From a virus (Duplodnaviria; Heunggongvirae; Uroviricota; Caudoviricetes), in the IMG/VR virus record IMGVR_UViG_3300028840_006732: a stretch of DNA of 54,393 nt. One strand, 5' to 3'. The notes under the pieces are model-generated. The model did no database searches. It was not told where the DNA came from and saw only the letters and a list, made by a program, of their open reading frames with translations. Shown one piece after another: positions 1 through 9,414 of the stretch. Both the position numbers and the translations under genes were made by a program. Within the stretch, counting starts at the first letter, position 1; every line of letters begins with the position of its first letter.

Positions 1-1364
1 TCGAAGACCGCGAGCTGCCCTTGGGAGCCGATCCCGACGACGATCTGGTGATCGTCGAGATGGGCGACTCCGCCGGTGAGGCCTTGATGTCCCTGCTGGC
101 CGTCCGCAAGGATAGCTTCGAGGGCGACGAGACGGCCAACCCGGCCCTACCGTTCTTCTACGGCGACCCGTGCGGTCACTACGACGAGGAGACTTGCATC
201 CTCAGCGGCGGGCTGTTCTTCACCATCTGGTGTCCGAAGAACTTCCGCCAGTTCAGGCCCAAGACCAAGCATCACTCCTGGGACGGGAAGTACGGTGACT
301 TCCCGACGTACGAGTGCCTGGTTTCCCGGAAGTACCGCCACGAGGGCCAGGTCTACACGCCCGACCGCAACGAGGCCGGCACGGAGCAGATCTTCTCCAA
401 GTGGCAGTTCTGGTATCCCGACATCGACGACGAGGAGGCCAGCGAGGGCCTGCTCCACATCCCGAGCGTCGAGGAGCAGTGTACGCTCATCGCCAGGGCG
501 TTCAAGGCGGCTCCCAAGCTGCTGATGTTTGCCTGGGCGGACAACTGGGACGAGTATGGCACGGAAGAGGTCCGTGCCATCCTGGCCGACCGCGCCCAGG
601 GCGTCGTTCCCGGCGGCGAGGACGAGTACCAGGACGGTGAGCCTGCCGAGGACGAAGACGAGGACGAGGATGAGTTCGCCGGCGAGTCCAGCGGCAAGAA
701 GAAGGGTGCCCGGCGCGGCAAGGACGTGACGGCCCCGGACGAGGAGGACGAGTTTGCCGAGGGCGACGACGAGGAGGAGGGTGACGAGGACGCCGAAGAG
801 CCCGAGGACGAAGAGGGCGACGAGGAGTTCGAGGAACCCGAAGGCGAGGACGAAGAGTTCGACGAGCCCGAGGATGAAGACGAGGGCGGCGAGGACGACG
901 AGTTCGAGGACTCCGACGAGGAAGAGCCCGAGGAAGAGGGCGGGGACGAGGAGCCGGAAGGGGAAGACGACTACGGCTTCGACGAACCCGAGGAGGACGA
1001 GGACGAGGGTGAAGGCGGCGACGAGTTCGAGGAGGACTCCGAGGATTCGGCCGAGTTCGACCCCGATGAGGAGGCTTCCGACAAGGAGGCCGAGATGAGC
1101 AAGTCCATGGCCAAAGCCGATGCGGCCGGGAAGAAGGCGGCTAGCCGCTCGTCCCAGCGCACCAGCAAGGCCACGTCCCCGCCGAAGAAGAAGACTTCCA
1201 CCAAGAAGTCGACGAAGAAGGCCCCGGCCAAGAAGACGACGAAGAAGGCCCCGGCCAAGAAGACGACCGCATCGTCGGCGCCCAAGAAGAAGACTTCCAC
1301 CAAGAAGTCGACCAAGGGCACCGCGACGAAGAAGAAGACTTCTACCAAGAAGTCGTCCAAGTAG
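1..1364 (+). CDS. 5'-truncated protein with globular N-terminal part, long D/E-rich tract and Lys-rich histone-H1-like tail (possible ssDNA/nucleoid-binding protein)
   Basis: Frame is open upstream of the TTG at 21, so the true start lies outside the window. About 160 aa acidic tract followed by KKAPAKKTT/KKKTSTKKS repeats. Sits directly upstream of recA. Function is inference only. Confidence 0.75.
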   Translation, partial: EDRELPLGADPDDDLVIVEMGDSAGEALMSLLAVRKDSFEGDETANPALPFFYGDPCGHYDEETCILSGGLFFTIWCPKNFRQFRPKTKHHSWDGKYGDFPTYECLVSRKYRHEGQVYTPDRNEAGTEQIFSKWQFWYPDIDDEEASEGLLHIPSVEEQCTLIARAFKAAPKLLMFAWADNWDEYGTEEVRAILADRAQGVVPGGEDEYQDGEPAEDEDEDEDEFAGESSGKKKGARRGKDVTAPDEEDEFAEGDDEEEGDEDAEEPEDEEGDEEFEEPEGEDEEFDEPEDEDEGGEDDEFEDSDEEEPEEEGGDEEPEGEDDYGFDEPEEDEDEGEGGDEFEEDSEDSAEFDPDEEASDKEAEMSKSMAKADAAGKKAASRSSQRTSKATSPPKKKTSTKKSTKKAPAKKTTKKAPAKKTTASSAPKKKTSTKKSTKGTATKKKTSTKKSSK

Positions 1365-1426
1365 GAGGGTAGGAGACCTGGGGGTCGGCCGCGTATCGGC
1401 CGGCCCCCTCCCTCCCTGGAGAGCTT

Positions 1427-2974
1427 ATGGCTAAGAAACGAAGCAATCGGACTTTCAAGCGGAAGTCAGATGTCACCTCGATCGGTGACGACTCGGTAAC
1501 CGAGTTCGATACCAGTGCGCCGGCTGGCAAGGCTGCTACGCCCCGCAAGAAGACCGCCAAGAAGAAGCCGCAGGGTCGCAGGAAGACGCCCCAGGACGAG
1601 GTAATCATGGATGAGGCACACGATCAGCCGGAGGTTGTCCGCCGCAAGAAGGCCAAGCGTAGGGTGCACGACTACGACGCCCTGGAGCCCGGCCAGAAGA
1701 AGAGGCGGCTGACCAAGAAGGCCAAGAAGACCCTGGAGGAGTGGAAAGGCGCTCAGCGGGGCAAAAAGCGGGACGCCTACTTCCGCAGCCTCGCCGAGGA
1801 GGGAAAGAAGGAGTTCGGCCACAGCGCCGTACTGGCCGGTAACGAGTCGAATCGGCTGGTGATTGGTATCCCCTTTCCCTCTCTAGCCCTGGAATGGCTG
1901 ACGCTCCAAGATGTCTGGCCTCTCTCGCTGGTAGCTGTGCTCTGCGGGCGATGGGGCACTTGTAAGTCCGCCTTCCTGTACGAGATCTTTCGTTGGTTTG
2001 CCAAGTTCAACGGCGGCGCCATCTTGCAAGAGGTGGAGACGCGGTTCTCTCCTGATTTGTGCTCGTCCATCATGGGTTACACCATGGATGAGTGCCCGAT
2101 CATCTTGAATCGTTGCACGTCTTTGGACGACTGGCAGGAGAAGCTGAGTTTCTTCCTGGATCTCCAGAAGAGGCGGATGATCGGTACCCAGGAGGAACCT
2201 GGCCCGGGTCGCACCATTCCAGTTTGTTTCGGCGTCGACTCCATCATGGCGAAGGCTGCCTTGGAGAAGATGGAGAAGATCGCCAAGGCCGGCTCGGCTG
2301 GTCGCGACTTCCCCATCGAGGCCTTGCTCAACACGGAATACTTCCGTGCCACGGCTGGCAAGATCGACAACTGGCCGTTCTCCCTGGTCCTGGTCAACCA
2401 TCTCAAGGAAGGCATCGACCGGGAGACCCAGCAAACAAAGAAGCGGAAGCCGGGCGGGGACTTCGTCAACTTCCAGGAGTCCTTCGAGCTTGAAATGGGC
2501 GTCTGGAAGAGTAAGATCAGCACGGCAGATTTTGACGGCCGCGGCATCCGTATTACCTGCGTGAAGAACTCCTTCGGCGAAACAGGCCGGGACATCTTCA
2601 CGCGGATGCTGTGGTGGGACGAGGAGACCGGAGACCCGGACGAGCCCTACCGGCAGAAGACTGTCTGGGACTGGGACTGGTCAACGATCACCACGCTGAT
2701 CAACCTGCCTGGCAAGTTCAAGGATCGTCTCAAGGAAGCCGGCTTCCAACTGAAGGTCAGATCGCCTAAGGCTGACGTGGAGTGTATGGCACAGTGCCGC
2801 AACGTCGGGATGGGTAAGGATGACTGGGAGGAGTTCCATACCGTTGGCGCCATGATCCGCGAGGATCACGAGCTGGTGGAGACGCTGCGAACGGCGCTGG
2901 GCATTAAGCGTCGAGCCATGATGAAGGGAGACTTCCTCGAACAGCTCGACGGGTTGCGAGACGAGCTAGTATGA
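1427..2974 (+). CDS. recA: RecA/UvsX-family recombinase with basic N-terminal extension
   Basis: Walker A variant GRWGTCKS, Walker B FGVDS, LVLVNHLKE (cf. FINQIR), KPGGDFVNFQES (cf. TGGNALKFYAS), ITCVKN (cf. KVVKNK), all in RecA order. Confidence 0.8.
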   Translation: MAKKRSNRTFKRKSDVTSIGDDSVTEFDTSAPAGKAATPRKKTAKKKPQGRRKTPQDEVIMDEAHDQPEVVRRKKAKRRVHDYDALEPGQKKRRLTKKAKKTLEEWKGAQRGKKRDAYFRSLAEEGKKEFGHSAVLAGNESNRLVIGIPFPSLALEWLTLQDVWPLSLVAVLCGRWGTCKSAFLYEIFRWFAKFNGGAILQEVETRFSPDLCSSIMGYTMDECPIILNRCTSLDDWQEKLSFFLDLQKRRMIGTQEEPGPGRTIPVCFGVDSIMAKAALEKMEKIAKAGSAGRDFPIEALLNTEYFRATAGKIDNWPFSLVLVNHLKEGIDRETQQTKKRKPGGDFVNFQESFELEMGVWKSKISTADFDGRGIRITCVKNSFGETGRDIFTRMLWWDEETGDPDEPYRQKTVWDWDWSTITTLINLPGKFKDRLKEAGFQLKVRSPKADVECMAQCRNVGMGKDDWEEFHTVGAMIREDHELVETLRTALGIKRRAMMKGDFLEQLDGLRDELV

Positions 2975-3549
2975 ACAAGCGAAACCCCTTCAGTATCCTA
3001 AACGAGGGCAGCATCGACGCTGTCCGCGAACGCGAGGCTCAAGAGTGGGAAAGCCGCCTGGTTCTGTTCACGATGACACGGGCGGGGCTGGGGGATCGGA
3101 AGCGGGATTTCGTCCGCGAACATCGCGATCGTACCAGCCAGCCCTTCGTGTCGTTCCGGGCCTTCAACGAGGAGTTCTCGACGTTTCCTGTGTGGCTGGG
3201 GGGTGACAAGCTACAAGGCATCCCCCCGCTGCACCAGTACAACAAGGCCGTCTTCCCCGTGTGGCTGAAGACATTCCTCCGCCTGCCGTTCATTCCGGCA
3301 TACGAGGAGCTGCATGCCTCCCTGGGCAAGCTGGCCAATGTCAAACCGGTGGCCCTGGTGTTCCCCCGCAAGGGATTTCGCCAGGGCCTCGTCGTCCACA
3401 ACGGCGATTTTCACACTTTCGTGCCTCCACAATCGAGCTGCCACGTGTATCATGGTGGGGGCCGAAAGCCAGTAGACCTCATTGTTCAGCCGTATGCCGG
3501 CTTCGTCGACCACATCTATCGACGCGGCCACGGCTGGAAACTGGACTAG
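2971..3549 (+). CDS. hypothetical protein
   Basis: 192 aa ORF, ATGA overlap with recA, genome-typical codon usage. Confidence 0.7.
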   Translation: MNKRNPFSILNEGSIDAVREREAQEWESRLVLFTMTRAGLGDRKRDFVREHRDRTSQPFVSFRAFNEEFSTFPVWLGGDKLQGIPPLHQYNKAVFPVWLKTFLRLPFIPAYEELHASLGKLANVKPVALVFPRKGFRQGLVVHNGDFHTFVPPQSSCHVYHGGGRKPVDLIVQPYAGFVDHIYRRGHGWKLD

Positions 3550-3551
3550 AC

Positions 3552-3569
3552 CTCAAAACCGCTTTTGAG
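3552..3569. repeat. 18-bp palindrome CTCAAAACCGCTTTTGAG, copy 1 (intergenic)
   Basis: Read directly; 7-bp arms with 4-bp spacer; three further copies in the window. Confidence 0.95.
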
Positions 3570-3600
3570 ATCTGTCCCCAGACAGAAGGAGTAGTTTTCG

Positions 3601-4527
3601 ATGGCGAATGAACCCGTTCCTCAAGTAGCAAAGCGCGAGGGACTGCTCAAGGCGATGACCCCCGAGCTTCAGAAGGTCGCCAAGAGTGTTGAGAAGAAGC
3701 TGGCCACGGGCCGGCAGGGTTTGGTGCTGATTGCTTACGACATCGGTGCCATGGTCAAACGAGTGATCGACGACGAGCCCACCTACGGGGCCAAGGCCGT
3801 CGAGCAGTTGGCCGACTACCTCCAGAACAACGGCGGCACGACGGCACTGTACGCCCTCCGCGGTTTTGCCACCGAGTTCACCCGGGAATCGGTCAAGGCC
3901 GAGGTCGTCAAGCTGCGGGAAGACGGCCAGGCCCTGGAGACCGGCCACTTCCTGGCGATCTGCAAGGTGAAGTCGAAGAAAGAGCAGCGGAAGCTCTTCA
4001 ACCGTGTCCGCAACGAGTGCCTCTCGTCCAAGCAGTTGGAAGCCGAGATCAAGGCGTGTGTCGAGACCCGCAACACCCGCAGCAGCGGGCGCAAGCCGCA
4101 GCAGCCGAAGACCCCGGCTGCCGGTCTCCAGAAGCTCTACGGACAGGCCCAGCAGTTGGGCAACTACTTGTCGATCGTCAACGACAGCGTCTTCGAGCCG
4201 TTGCTGGAGGTCGCTCCCGACCAGGTCAACGTCAAGCTGGTCGGCAAGTTCCAGGAGGCTCGTGAACAGCTCACCCGGGTAGTCAAAGACGGCCAGGGTA
4301 CGTTGCTGCTGATGGGGCCGGTGGCCGAGCGTCTCAACAAGATCCTCGGGGGCGGCGACGGCGAGGCCGAAGCTGAGCCGGCAGGGCAGACTCCGCCCCG
4401 TAAGACGGCCAAGAAGAAGACCACGGCCAAAAAGGGTACCGGTCGTAAAACGGCCGCGACCAAAAAAGGCACCAAGAAGGTTGCGAGTAAGCCGGCCAAG
4501 AAGAAGAAGCGGCCGTCCCGGGTCTAA
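3601..4527 (+). CDS. DUF1016 (YhcG) N-terminal-like DNA-binding protein with Lys-rich C-terminal tail
   Basis: LIAYDIGAMVKRVIDDEPTYGAKAVEQLADYL resembles the YW.IG..I...YG...V..LA..L pattern of DUF1016_N. No nuclease domain follows. KKTAKKKTTAKK tail. Confidence 0.55.
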   Translation: MANEPVPQVAKREGLLKAMTPELQKVAKSVEKKLATGRQGLVLIAYDIGAMVKRVIDDEPTYGAKAVEQLADYLQNNGGTTALYALRGFATEFTRESVKAEVVKLREDGQALETGHFLAICKVKSKKEQRKLFNRVRNECLSSKQLEAEIKACVETRNTRSSGRKPQQPKTPAAGLQKLYGQAQQLGNYLSIVNDSVFEPLLEVAPDQVNVKLVGKFQEAREQLTRVVKDGQGTLLLMGPVAERLNKILGGGDGEAEAEPAGQTPPRKTAKKKTTAKKGTGRKTAATKKGTKKVASKPAKKKKRPSRV

Positions 4528-4550
4528 GCTAGGTCCCCGTGTCATGGAGG

Positions 4551-5366
4551 ATGGCCGTGATCTCGGTCAACGTGCTTCTCTATGGCGACTTCCCGAAGTT
4601 CGCCAAGCGGGTGCTCAGCTCCATCCGGGGCTACAAGCCCGGCGTGGTGCAGGACATCCGAGTAGGGATCAACAAGGTGTGCTCGGAGACGCGCGACTGG
4701 CTCTTTGAGTCCTTCGCGCCCGGGCAGCCTGTGCCCTGCTATGTCTATGAGCCGTCGCACAACGTGGGGAAGTATCCTCTCATGCGGCGGATGTTCTACG
4801 AGGAGCGCACTCTGGCTCCGCTGACGATGTGGCTGGATGACGACTCCTGGCTGGACAAGTTCATCGCCCAGGACTGGTGGGAGGAAGTGCAGCGGTCCAT
4901 GGTCACGGCGACGATGACCGGTGCGATCCACATCATCCGTCAACGAGGACGGCAGTTCGAGGGCGTCATGGCCCAGCCCTGGTACAACCAGGAGCCTGTC
5001 GGGCCGAAGCATACCTTCCGTTTCGCCACTGGAGCCTGGTGGGTGGCCAAGTCGGACTTCCTCACCGAGCACGACTATCCTTTCCCGGACATCTACCACA
5101 ACGGGGGAGACTCCATGCTGGGAGAGCTGCTCCGCCAGCAGCATGGCATCCTCAAGCCGTTCAGCCGCTGCTTCTGCCACTGCGAGTCTTGCAGTCGGAA
5201 GAAGCGGCCGGACCCGGCGGGCGTCGTCCACATCAACGAGGGTGGCCGGAAAGGAAGACGAGGGATAGGGGTAGTCGGCGAGCACTACGTGTGGCAGAAT
5301 GGCCCACCAGAGCATCCCGATCTGTCCAGGCACAACTTTTCGTGCCAGATTCACAGGTTCGAGTGA
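4551..5366 (+). CDS. GT-A fold (family 2-like) glycosyltransferase
   Basis: N-terminal beta strand VISVNVLLY, WLDDD (DxD) motif, later GGD motif. Confidence 0.65.
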   Translation: MAVISVNVLLYGDFPKFAKRVLSSIRGYKPGVVQDIRVGINKVCSETRDWLFESFAPGQPVPCYVYEPSHNVGKYPLMRRMFYEERTLAPLTMWLDDDSWLDKFIAQDWWEEVQRSMVTATMTGAIHIIRQRGRQFEGVMAQPWYNQEPVGPKHTFRFATGAWWVAKSDFLTEHDYPFPDIYHNGGDSMLGELLRQQHGILKPFSRCFCHCESCSRKKRPDPAGVVHINEGGRKGRRGIGVVGEHYVWQNGPPEHPDLSRHNFSCQIHRFE

Positions 5367-5375
5367 GGACCAGCC

Positions 5376-5813
5376 GTGCAGTACCGACCCCAGTTCATCG
5401 ACGTCAACGACCACCTGGAACGGCAAGAGCAGCCCGTGTTCCTTCTGGAACGGCCGCTGCTGCATGGCGACAAGCCCAAGGGAGGCTTGTTCAATGCTTC
5501 GGAGGTCGCCCGCAAGGGTACCTTTTGGACGCCCACCACGTCCCTGCTTGAGGGCAACATCGAGTGGTCCCTGGTTGACAAGGACCAGTACGTGCGGGTT
5601 CCGATCTTCGCGTACCGGACCGCCAGCAAGGCGGCTTCTCATATTGTCGGCCTGGCGTTCCAGTGCGGGATGCTAGTCCAGCAGGCGTTTAAGCTACATC
5701 GGCAACTGGACAAGATCCTGATTTGCCATCTCATCATCGGCCATGAGATCCACGAGCTGGAGGACGACGCCTTCCGGTTCTATCTCGGCCTGACCCTCCA
5801 GACGAAGGAGTAA
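5376..5813 (+). CDS. hypothetical protein
   Basis: 145 aa ORF (GTG start, GAGG upstream) filling the gap between neighbours. Confidence 0.65.
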   Translation: MQYRPQFIDVNDHLERQEQPVFLLERPLLHGDKPKGGLFNASEVARKGTFWTPTTSLLEGNIEWSLVDKDQYVRVPIFAYRTASKAASHIVGLAFQCGMLVQQAFKLHRQLDKILICHLIIGHEIHELEDDAFRFYLGLTLQTKE

Positions 5814-5815
5814 CC

Positions 5816-6301
5816 ATGAGCACCGGAACACCGCCCACGCCCCCGAAGAAGAAGCCTCGCGACGTCATCGACTTCTTCGACGTCATCGAGGACGAGCATC
5901 ATATCGGCAAGCGAGCAGCAGCCGGTTACCACCATTTGACCACAGCCCTCGGGCAATCGCAGGGCACAATGAAGAAGGTCCGGCGGAAGATTGGCATGCC
6001 GATCCTTCGCTACAGCGCCTCTGGCGGCAGCAAGGCCGTCGAGGTCGAGGCGGATCTGCGCAAGGTCCCGCCCGAGTACCTGTCGTATATTGTCTCTCCC
6101 CTGTGCAACCTCCACGCCGGGGAGATGCGAGAAGCTCTCGTTCGTATCCAGACTGCCGCTGCCACGGCCATCCAGCTCGTCGATCAGGCGATGCAGGCCC
6201 AGGCCGACGCCCAGCAGGGCCAGGAAGACTACGAGGAAGAGCAGGATTTCGAGGAAGACGACGAGGACGAGCTGGAGGAGGAAGAAGACGACGAGGAATA
6301 G
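5816..6301 (+). CDS. hypothetical protein with basic N-terminus (PPKKKPR) and acidic C-terminus
   Basis: 161 aa ORF with SD (AAGGAG) upstream. Confidence 0.7.
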   Translation: MSTGTPPTPPKKKPRDVIDFFDVIEDEHHIGKRAAAGYHHLTTALGQSQGTMKKVRRKIGMPILRYSASGGSKAVEVEADLRKVPPEYLSYIVSPLCNLHAGEMREALVRIQTAAATAIQLVDQAMQAQADAQQGQEDYEEEQDFEEDDEDELEEEEDDEE

Positions 6302-6303
6302 CC

Positions 6304-6933
6304 ATGTGCTCGAAGTCTGAAGTATTTGACTTCGATCAGTTAGACCCGGACGACGGGTTCACCGTGTTCCTCCACGAGCTGGGCCAGATCGAGGCAAGCA
6401 TTTGGCTTGGCTGGCGGGAACGGGGCCATCTCAAATATGGCGGCCCCGAGGAAAGTAAAGCCGTCGAGATCTGGCGGGCGGACCACCCGACCGCCGCGGA
6501 TCTCGGACGCCGAAGCCGGGCCCGCGTGCTTGCCGAGGCTGTCTGCCGCTACTTCACGGCCGGCGGAAACTGGGACGAGCTGCGGGCTCTTATCGACGAG
6601 ATGGCACGCCTCATCCCCGGGGGACTTGTCTTCCCCGGCTATCATCTCTTCGACACCTACACGGACGCAAAGGGACATGTCGTCTACGTCTACGTCCGGA
6701 CGGGCACGAACGAGGTGGTGCGGTGGGTTGCGCCGACAGGTGACGAGGCCGGTTTCATCGACCATATCACCCTGGAAGACTTGCAAAGAGAGGCGGAGGA
6801 AGGCGATGCCGCCGGATGCGAAGGCGACTTATCGTGTAGCCCTGCGCTACTCGGTTCCGACGATCTACAAGCTGCGGAGCCGCCTGATGACGACCCTCCG
6901 AGGTTTCCGGGGCCAGAGGGTCAAAGGGAATGA
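6304..6933 (+). CDS. hypothetical protein
   Basis: ATG at 6304 directly after the previous stop; C-terminus overlaps the next gene by 128 nt. Confidence 0.55.
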   Translation: MCSKSEVFDFDQLDPDDGFTVFLHELGQIEASIWLGWRERGHLKYGGPEESKAVEIWRADHPTAADLGRRSRARVLAEAVCRYFTAGGNWDELRALIDEMARLIPGGLVFPGYHLFDTYTDAKGHVVYVYVRTGTNEVVRWVAPTGDEAGFIDHITLEDLQREAEEGDAAGCEGDLSCSPALLGSDDLQAAEPPDDDPPRFPGPEGQRE

Positions 6934-7741
6934 GTTCGAGCGACTGGTCGACCTCGTCCACCACGACTTGCCTGGCAAGATGGACCGGGAGCCTGTCTAC
7001 GAGAGCCTGACTTCCCTGGCGGGGAATCTGCTCACCGTGGGCGTGCTCTGGGAAGTGGCTTGTCGTCTGGCCGGCAACGTGGAGCGGCTTCGCAGCCATG
7101 TCGTGCCGGTCTGGCGGAAACAGCATTTCGACGAGTGGGTTCCAGCTCAGGTCTCCTGGGTGCGGCTCAAGAAGGGCGGCAAGAAGGGCCGCGAGGTGGG
7201 TCACGATTTGGCCTTCGAGATCCTCGCAGGCACGCCAGCCGGCCACACCGCCAGGCAGTGGTGGTCCAAGCGGAAAAGCTACTACCTGGCCTACCATCGG
7301 GACAAGCAGGGCAACGGCTTCGCTTTCACCAGGCCCACACGGGCCGTGATTGGCGCTACTCCGTCCGCCTCGCCGTTCGAGGACCCCAAGCTCTTCACGA
7401 CGCTCCGCTGCCTGGTTCTCGTGGAGAAGGAGCGGAGCATCGAGGAGCCCGACTTTCGTGAGGTGGCCTTCTCGTCGGCGATGACCACCCACAATCGTCT
7501 CCAGCACAAGCGACGTGCGAGGCAGAAGAACATCTTCGAGTGCCCTGAAGGGTACGACGAGGACTATCCCTGCTTGGACTGTTGGGTGGGCTACGAGAAC
7601 TGCCCGGCAGCCGTCCACCCTTACGACTACCAGCGGCGGGAATGTCCCGGCTGCAAGAAAGAAACCTGGCACAATCCGGCGGCCCCGGGAAAGCTCTGCG
7701 TGGCCTGCACGGACGCCCTAGCTTTGAAGGATGACACATGA
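6806..7741 (+). CDS. hypothetical protein with Cys-rich, probably Zn-binding C-terminus
   Basis: ATG at 6806 behind GGAGGAAGG; C-terminal C..CxxC..C..CxxC..CxxC cluster. Confidence 0.65.
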   Translation: MPPDAKATYRVALRYSVPTIYKLRSRLMTTLRGFRGQRVKGNEFERLVDLVHHDLPGKMDREPVYESLTSLAGNLLTVGVLWEVACRLAGNVERLRSHVVPVWRKQHFDEWVPAQVSWVRLKKGGKKGREVGHDLAFEILAGTPAGHTARQWWSKRKSYYLAYHRDKQGNGFAFTRPTRAVIGATPSASPFEDPKLFTTLRCLVLVEKERSIEEPDFREVAFSSAMTTHNRLQHKRRARQKNIFECPEGYDEDYPCLDCWVGYENCPAAVHPYDYQRRECPGCKKETWHNPAAPGKLCVACTDALALKDDT

Positions 7742-8772
7742 AAAGAGAACGCTTCGTCACACCCAAGACCTACTTCTTCGGGTATCCTGAGCTGAACGAG
7801 TCCGAGGTGCGGCGCTACCTGGCTGACACCCAGAACGAGGATTTCCTCAAGAGTATGACGGCGGCCCGCGAAGCCGGCTTGTCGTCGGCGGAGATCCTCT
7901 GCTCGATCTTCGCCAAGCTCTGCTACAAGGCCCTTACGTTGGGTCAGAACGCCAACGTCACCCGAACCAGGGACATCGCCGACAACCTGGCCAACTGCTT
8001 CGACACCGGCCACGGCTCGATCTTCGAGCATGTGATGTTCAACTTCGTGGTCTCCGACTGCTCGCGGGTCTTCACCCACGAGCTGGTGAGGCACAGGGTG
8101 GGTGTGGCCTTCTCGCAGACCTCCGGCCGCTACTGCCGTCTGGATCACATCCCCATCATCTGGGACCCGATCCTCGATCCCGTCAAGGATATGTGGGACC
8201 ACCACTTGCAGAAGACCGAGGACCTGGTGTACCTCACCGAGTGCGCCCTCGGTCTCCGCGTGCCTACGCAGGAGCAGGAGGAGCGGGCCTACGCCCCCGA
8301 CTACTGGGTCAACTGTCGAGCGCATGCGGCTCCCGGCTGCGAGGACGACTCCAAGTGGGTCCCCAACGACAAGATGCCCTTTGCCCAGAAGAAGAAGCTC
8401 ACGTCGGCGATTAGACGGATTGCTCCCAACGGGCAGGCCAACGAGATCGCCGTGTCGCTGAACCTGAGGGCGCTGCGGCATACGATCCTCATGCGGACCA
8501 ACCGCGTGGCGGAGTGGGAGATCCGGTTGGTCTTCAACCAGATCTACCAGATGCTCAAGCCGCACTACCCGACCATCTTCCACGGGGCCAAGGAGACGAT
8601 GGTCGAGGGTCTCCTGGAGATCTCCGGGATGAAGTGTCAGCCGTACGAGAAGGCGGCCGACATGGTCCTCGACGAGATGTCCGATGACGAGCTGACGCTC
8701 TACATTCGGACGCGACCCAAGACCTGGAACAAGATTGCCGCGGAAGGTCAGTTTGTAGATGGAGTTATTTGA
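7738..8772 (+). CDS. thyX: FAD-dependent thymidylate synthase ThyX
   Basis: GHGSIFEH and THELVRHRVGVAFSQTSGRY (ThyX RHRx7S signature); later AEWEIR motif. Confidence 0.92.
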   Translation: MKRERFVTPKTYFFGYPELNESEVRRYLADTQNEDFLKSMTAAREAGLSSAEILCSIFAKLCYKALTLGQNANVTRTRDIADNLANCFDTGHGSIFEHVMFNFVVSDCSRVFTHELVRHRVGVAFSQTSGRYCRLDHIPIIWDPILDPVKDMWDHHLQKTEDLVYLTECALGLRVPTQEQEERAYAPDYWVNCRAHAAPGCEDDSKWVPNDKMPFAQKKKLTSAIRRIAPNGQANEIAVSLNLRALRHTILMRTNRVAEWEIRLVFNQIYQMLKPHYPTIFHGAKETMVEGLLEISGMKCQPYEKAADMVLDEMSDDELTLYIRTRPKTWNKIAAEGQFVDGVI

Positions 8773-9407
8773 TGAACAAAGATGAGTTGCGCCGATTACG
8801 AGAGATGGTGAACCGGCGGCATCCAAAACAGCAGTTCGGCTACACTTATACCAGTGGGACATTCTCCACGGAAGACGAAGCAAAGGCAGAGTTTCTGCGA
8901 AGGATGGGCGCCACCGACGCCTTTCACGTGTACGACGTCGACGCTGGGGAGGTATTAGGCTATCTCGCTCATCGCATGCCGGGCTGTTTGGGCGTCTATG
9001 CAAAAGTTGACTACATTGTCCGACCGCTCAGGTCGGCGATAGACGCTGGGTGGACAGCCGGGCCTTTTGGGGTCGAGGTGAAGCAGTCAGGCGTAAAGAT
9101 TGCGCCCGTAACCTCTCAGATGACGGACTATCGTCGGACGGTATGGCGTGTCAAGCGCACTGGTGAACAGTTGTGGTTGGACCAGATCTTTCTCTGGCCC
9201 TCGGGTCGGCTGAAAGGTGACATCGAGAGCATCTTCATGCAGAACCGGCTCGGCTACGCGAGTAGCAGCAGCTCCGGCGGCATCACGTTTTTGTTTGGAG
9301 GTTGCTGCCCGCTTCGTATCGAGCCTGACGGAGGCATTGTTTGCCGCGTGAGTGATGTTTTTCTCAAGGCCGGGCGGAAGTCCGGTAACAGGGGAGAAAA
9401 GAAGTAG
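8772..9407 (+). CDS. hypothetical protein
   Basis: About 211 aa ORF translationally coupled to thyX. Confidence 0.6.
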   Translation: MNKDELRRLREMVNRRHPKQQFGYTYTSGTFSTEDEAKAEFLRRMGATDAFHVYDVDAGEVLGYLAHRMPGCLGVYAKVDYIVRPLRSAIDAGWTAGPFGVEVKQSGVKIAPVTSQMTDYRRTVWRVKRTGEQLWLDQIFLWPSGRLKGDIESIFMQNRLGYASSSSSGGITFLFGGCCPLRIEPDGGIVCRVSDVFLKAGRKSGNRGEKK

Positions 9408-9414
9408 GAGGCCC

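Noticed and set aside
1381-1407. Terminator after the first gene (GGGGTCGGCCG-CGTAT-CGGCCGGCCCC hairpin)
   Set aside because: Strong stem but no U-tract; similar U-less hairpins at about 36901-36920 and 39147-39175 were also left uncalled.
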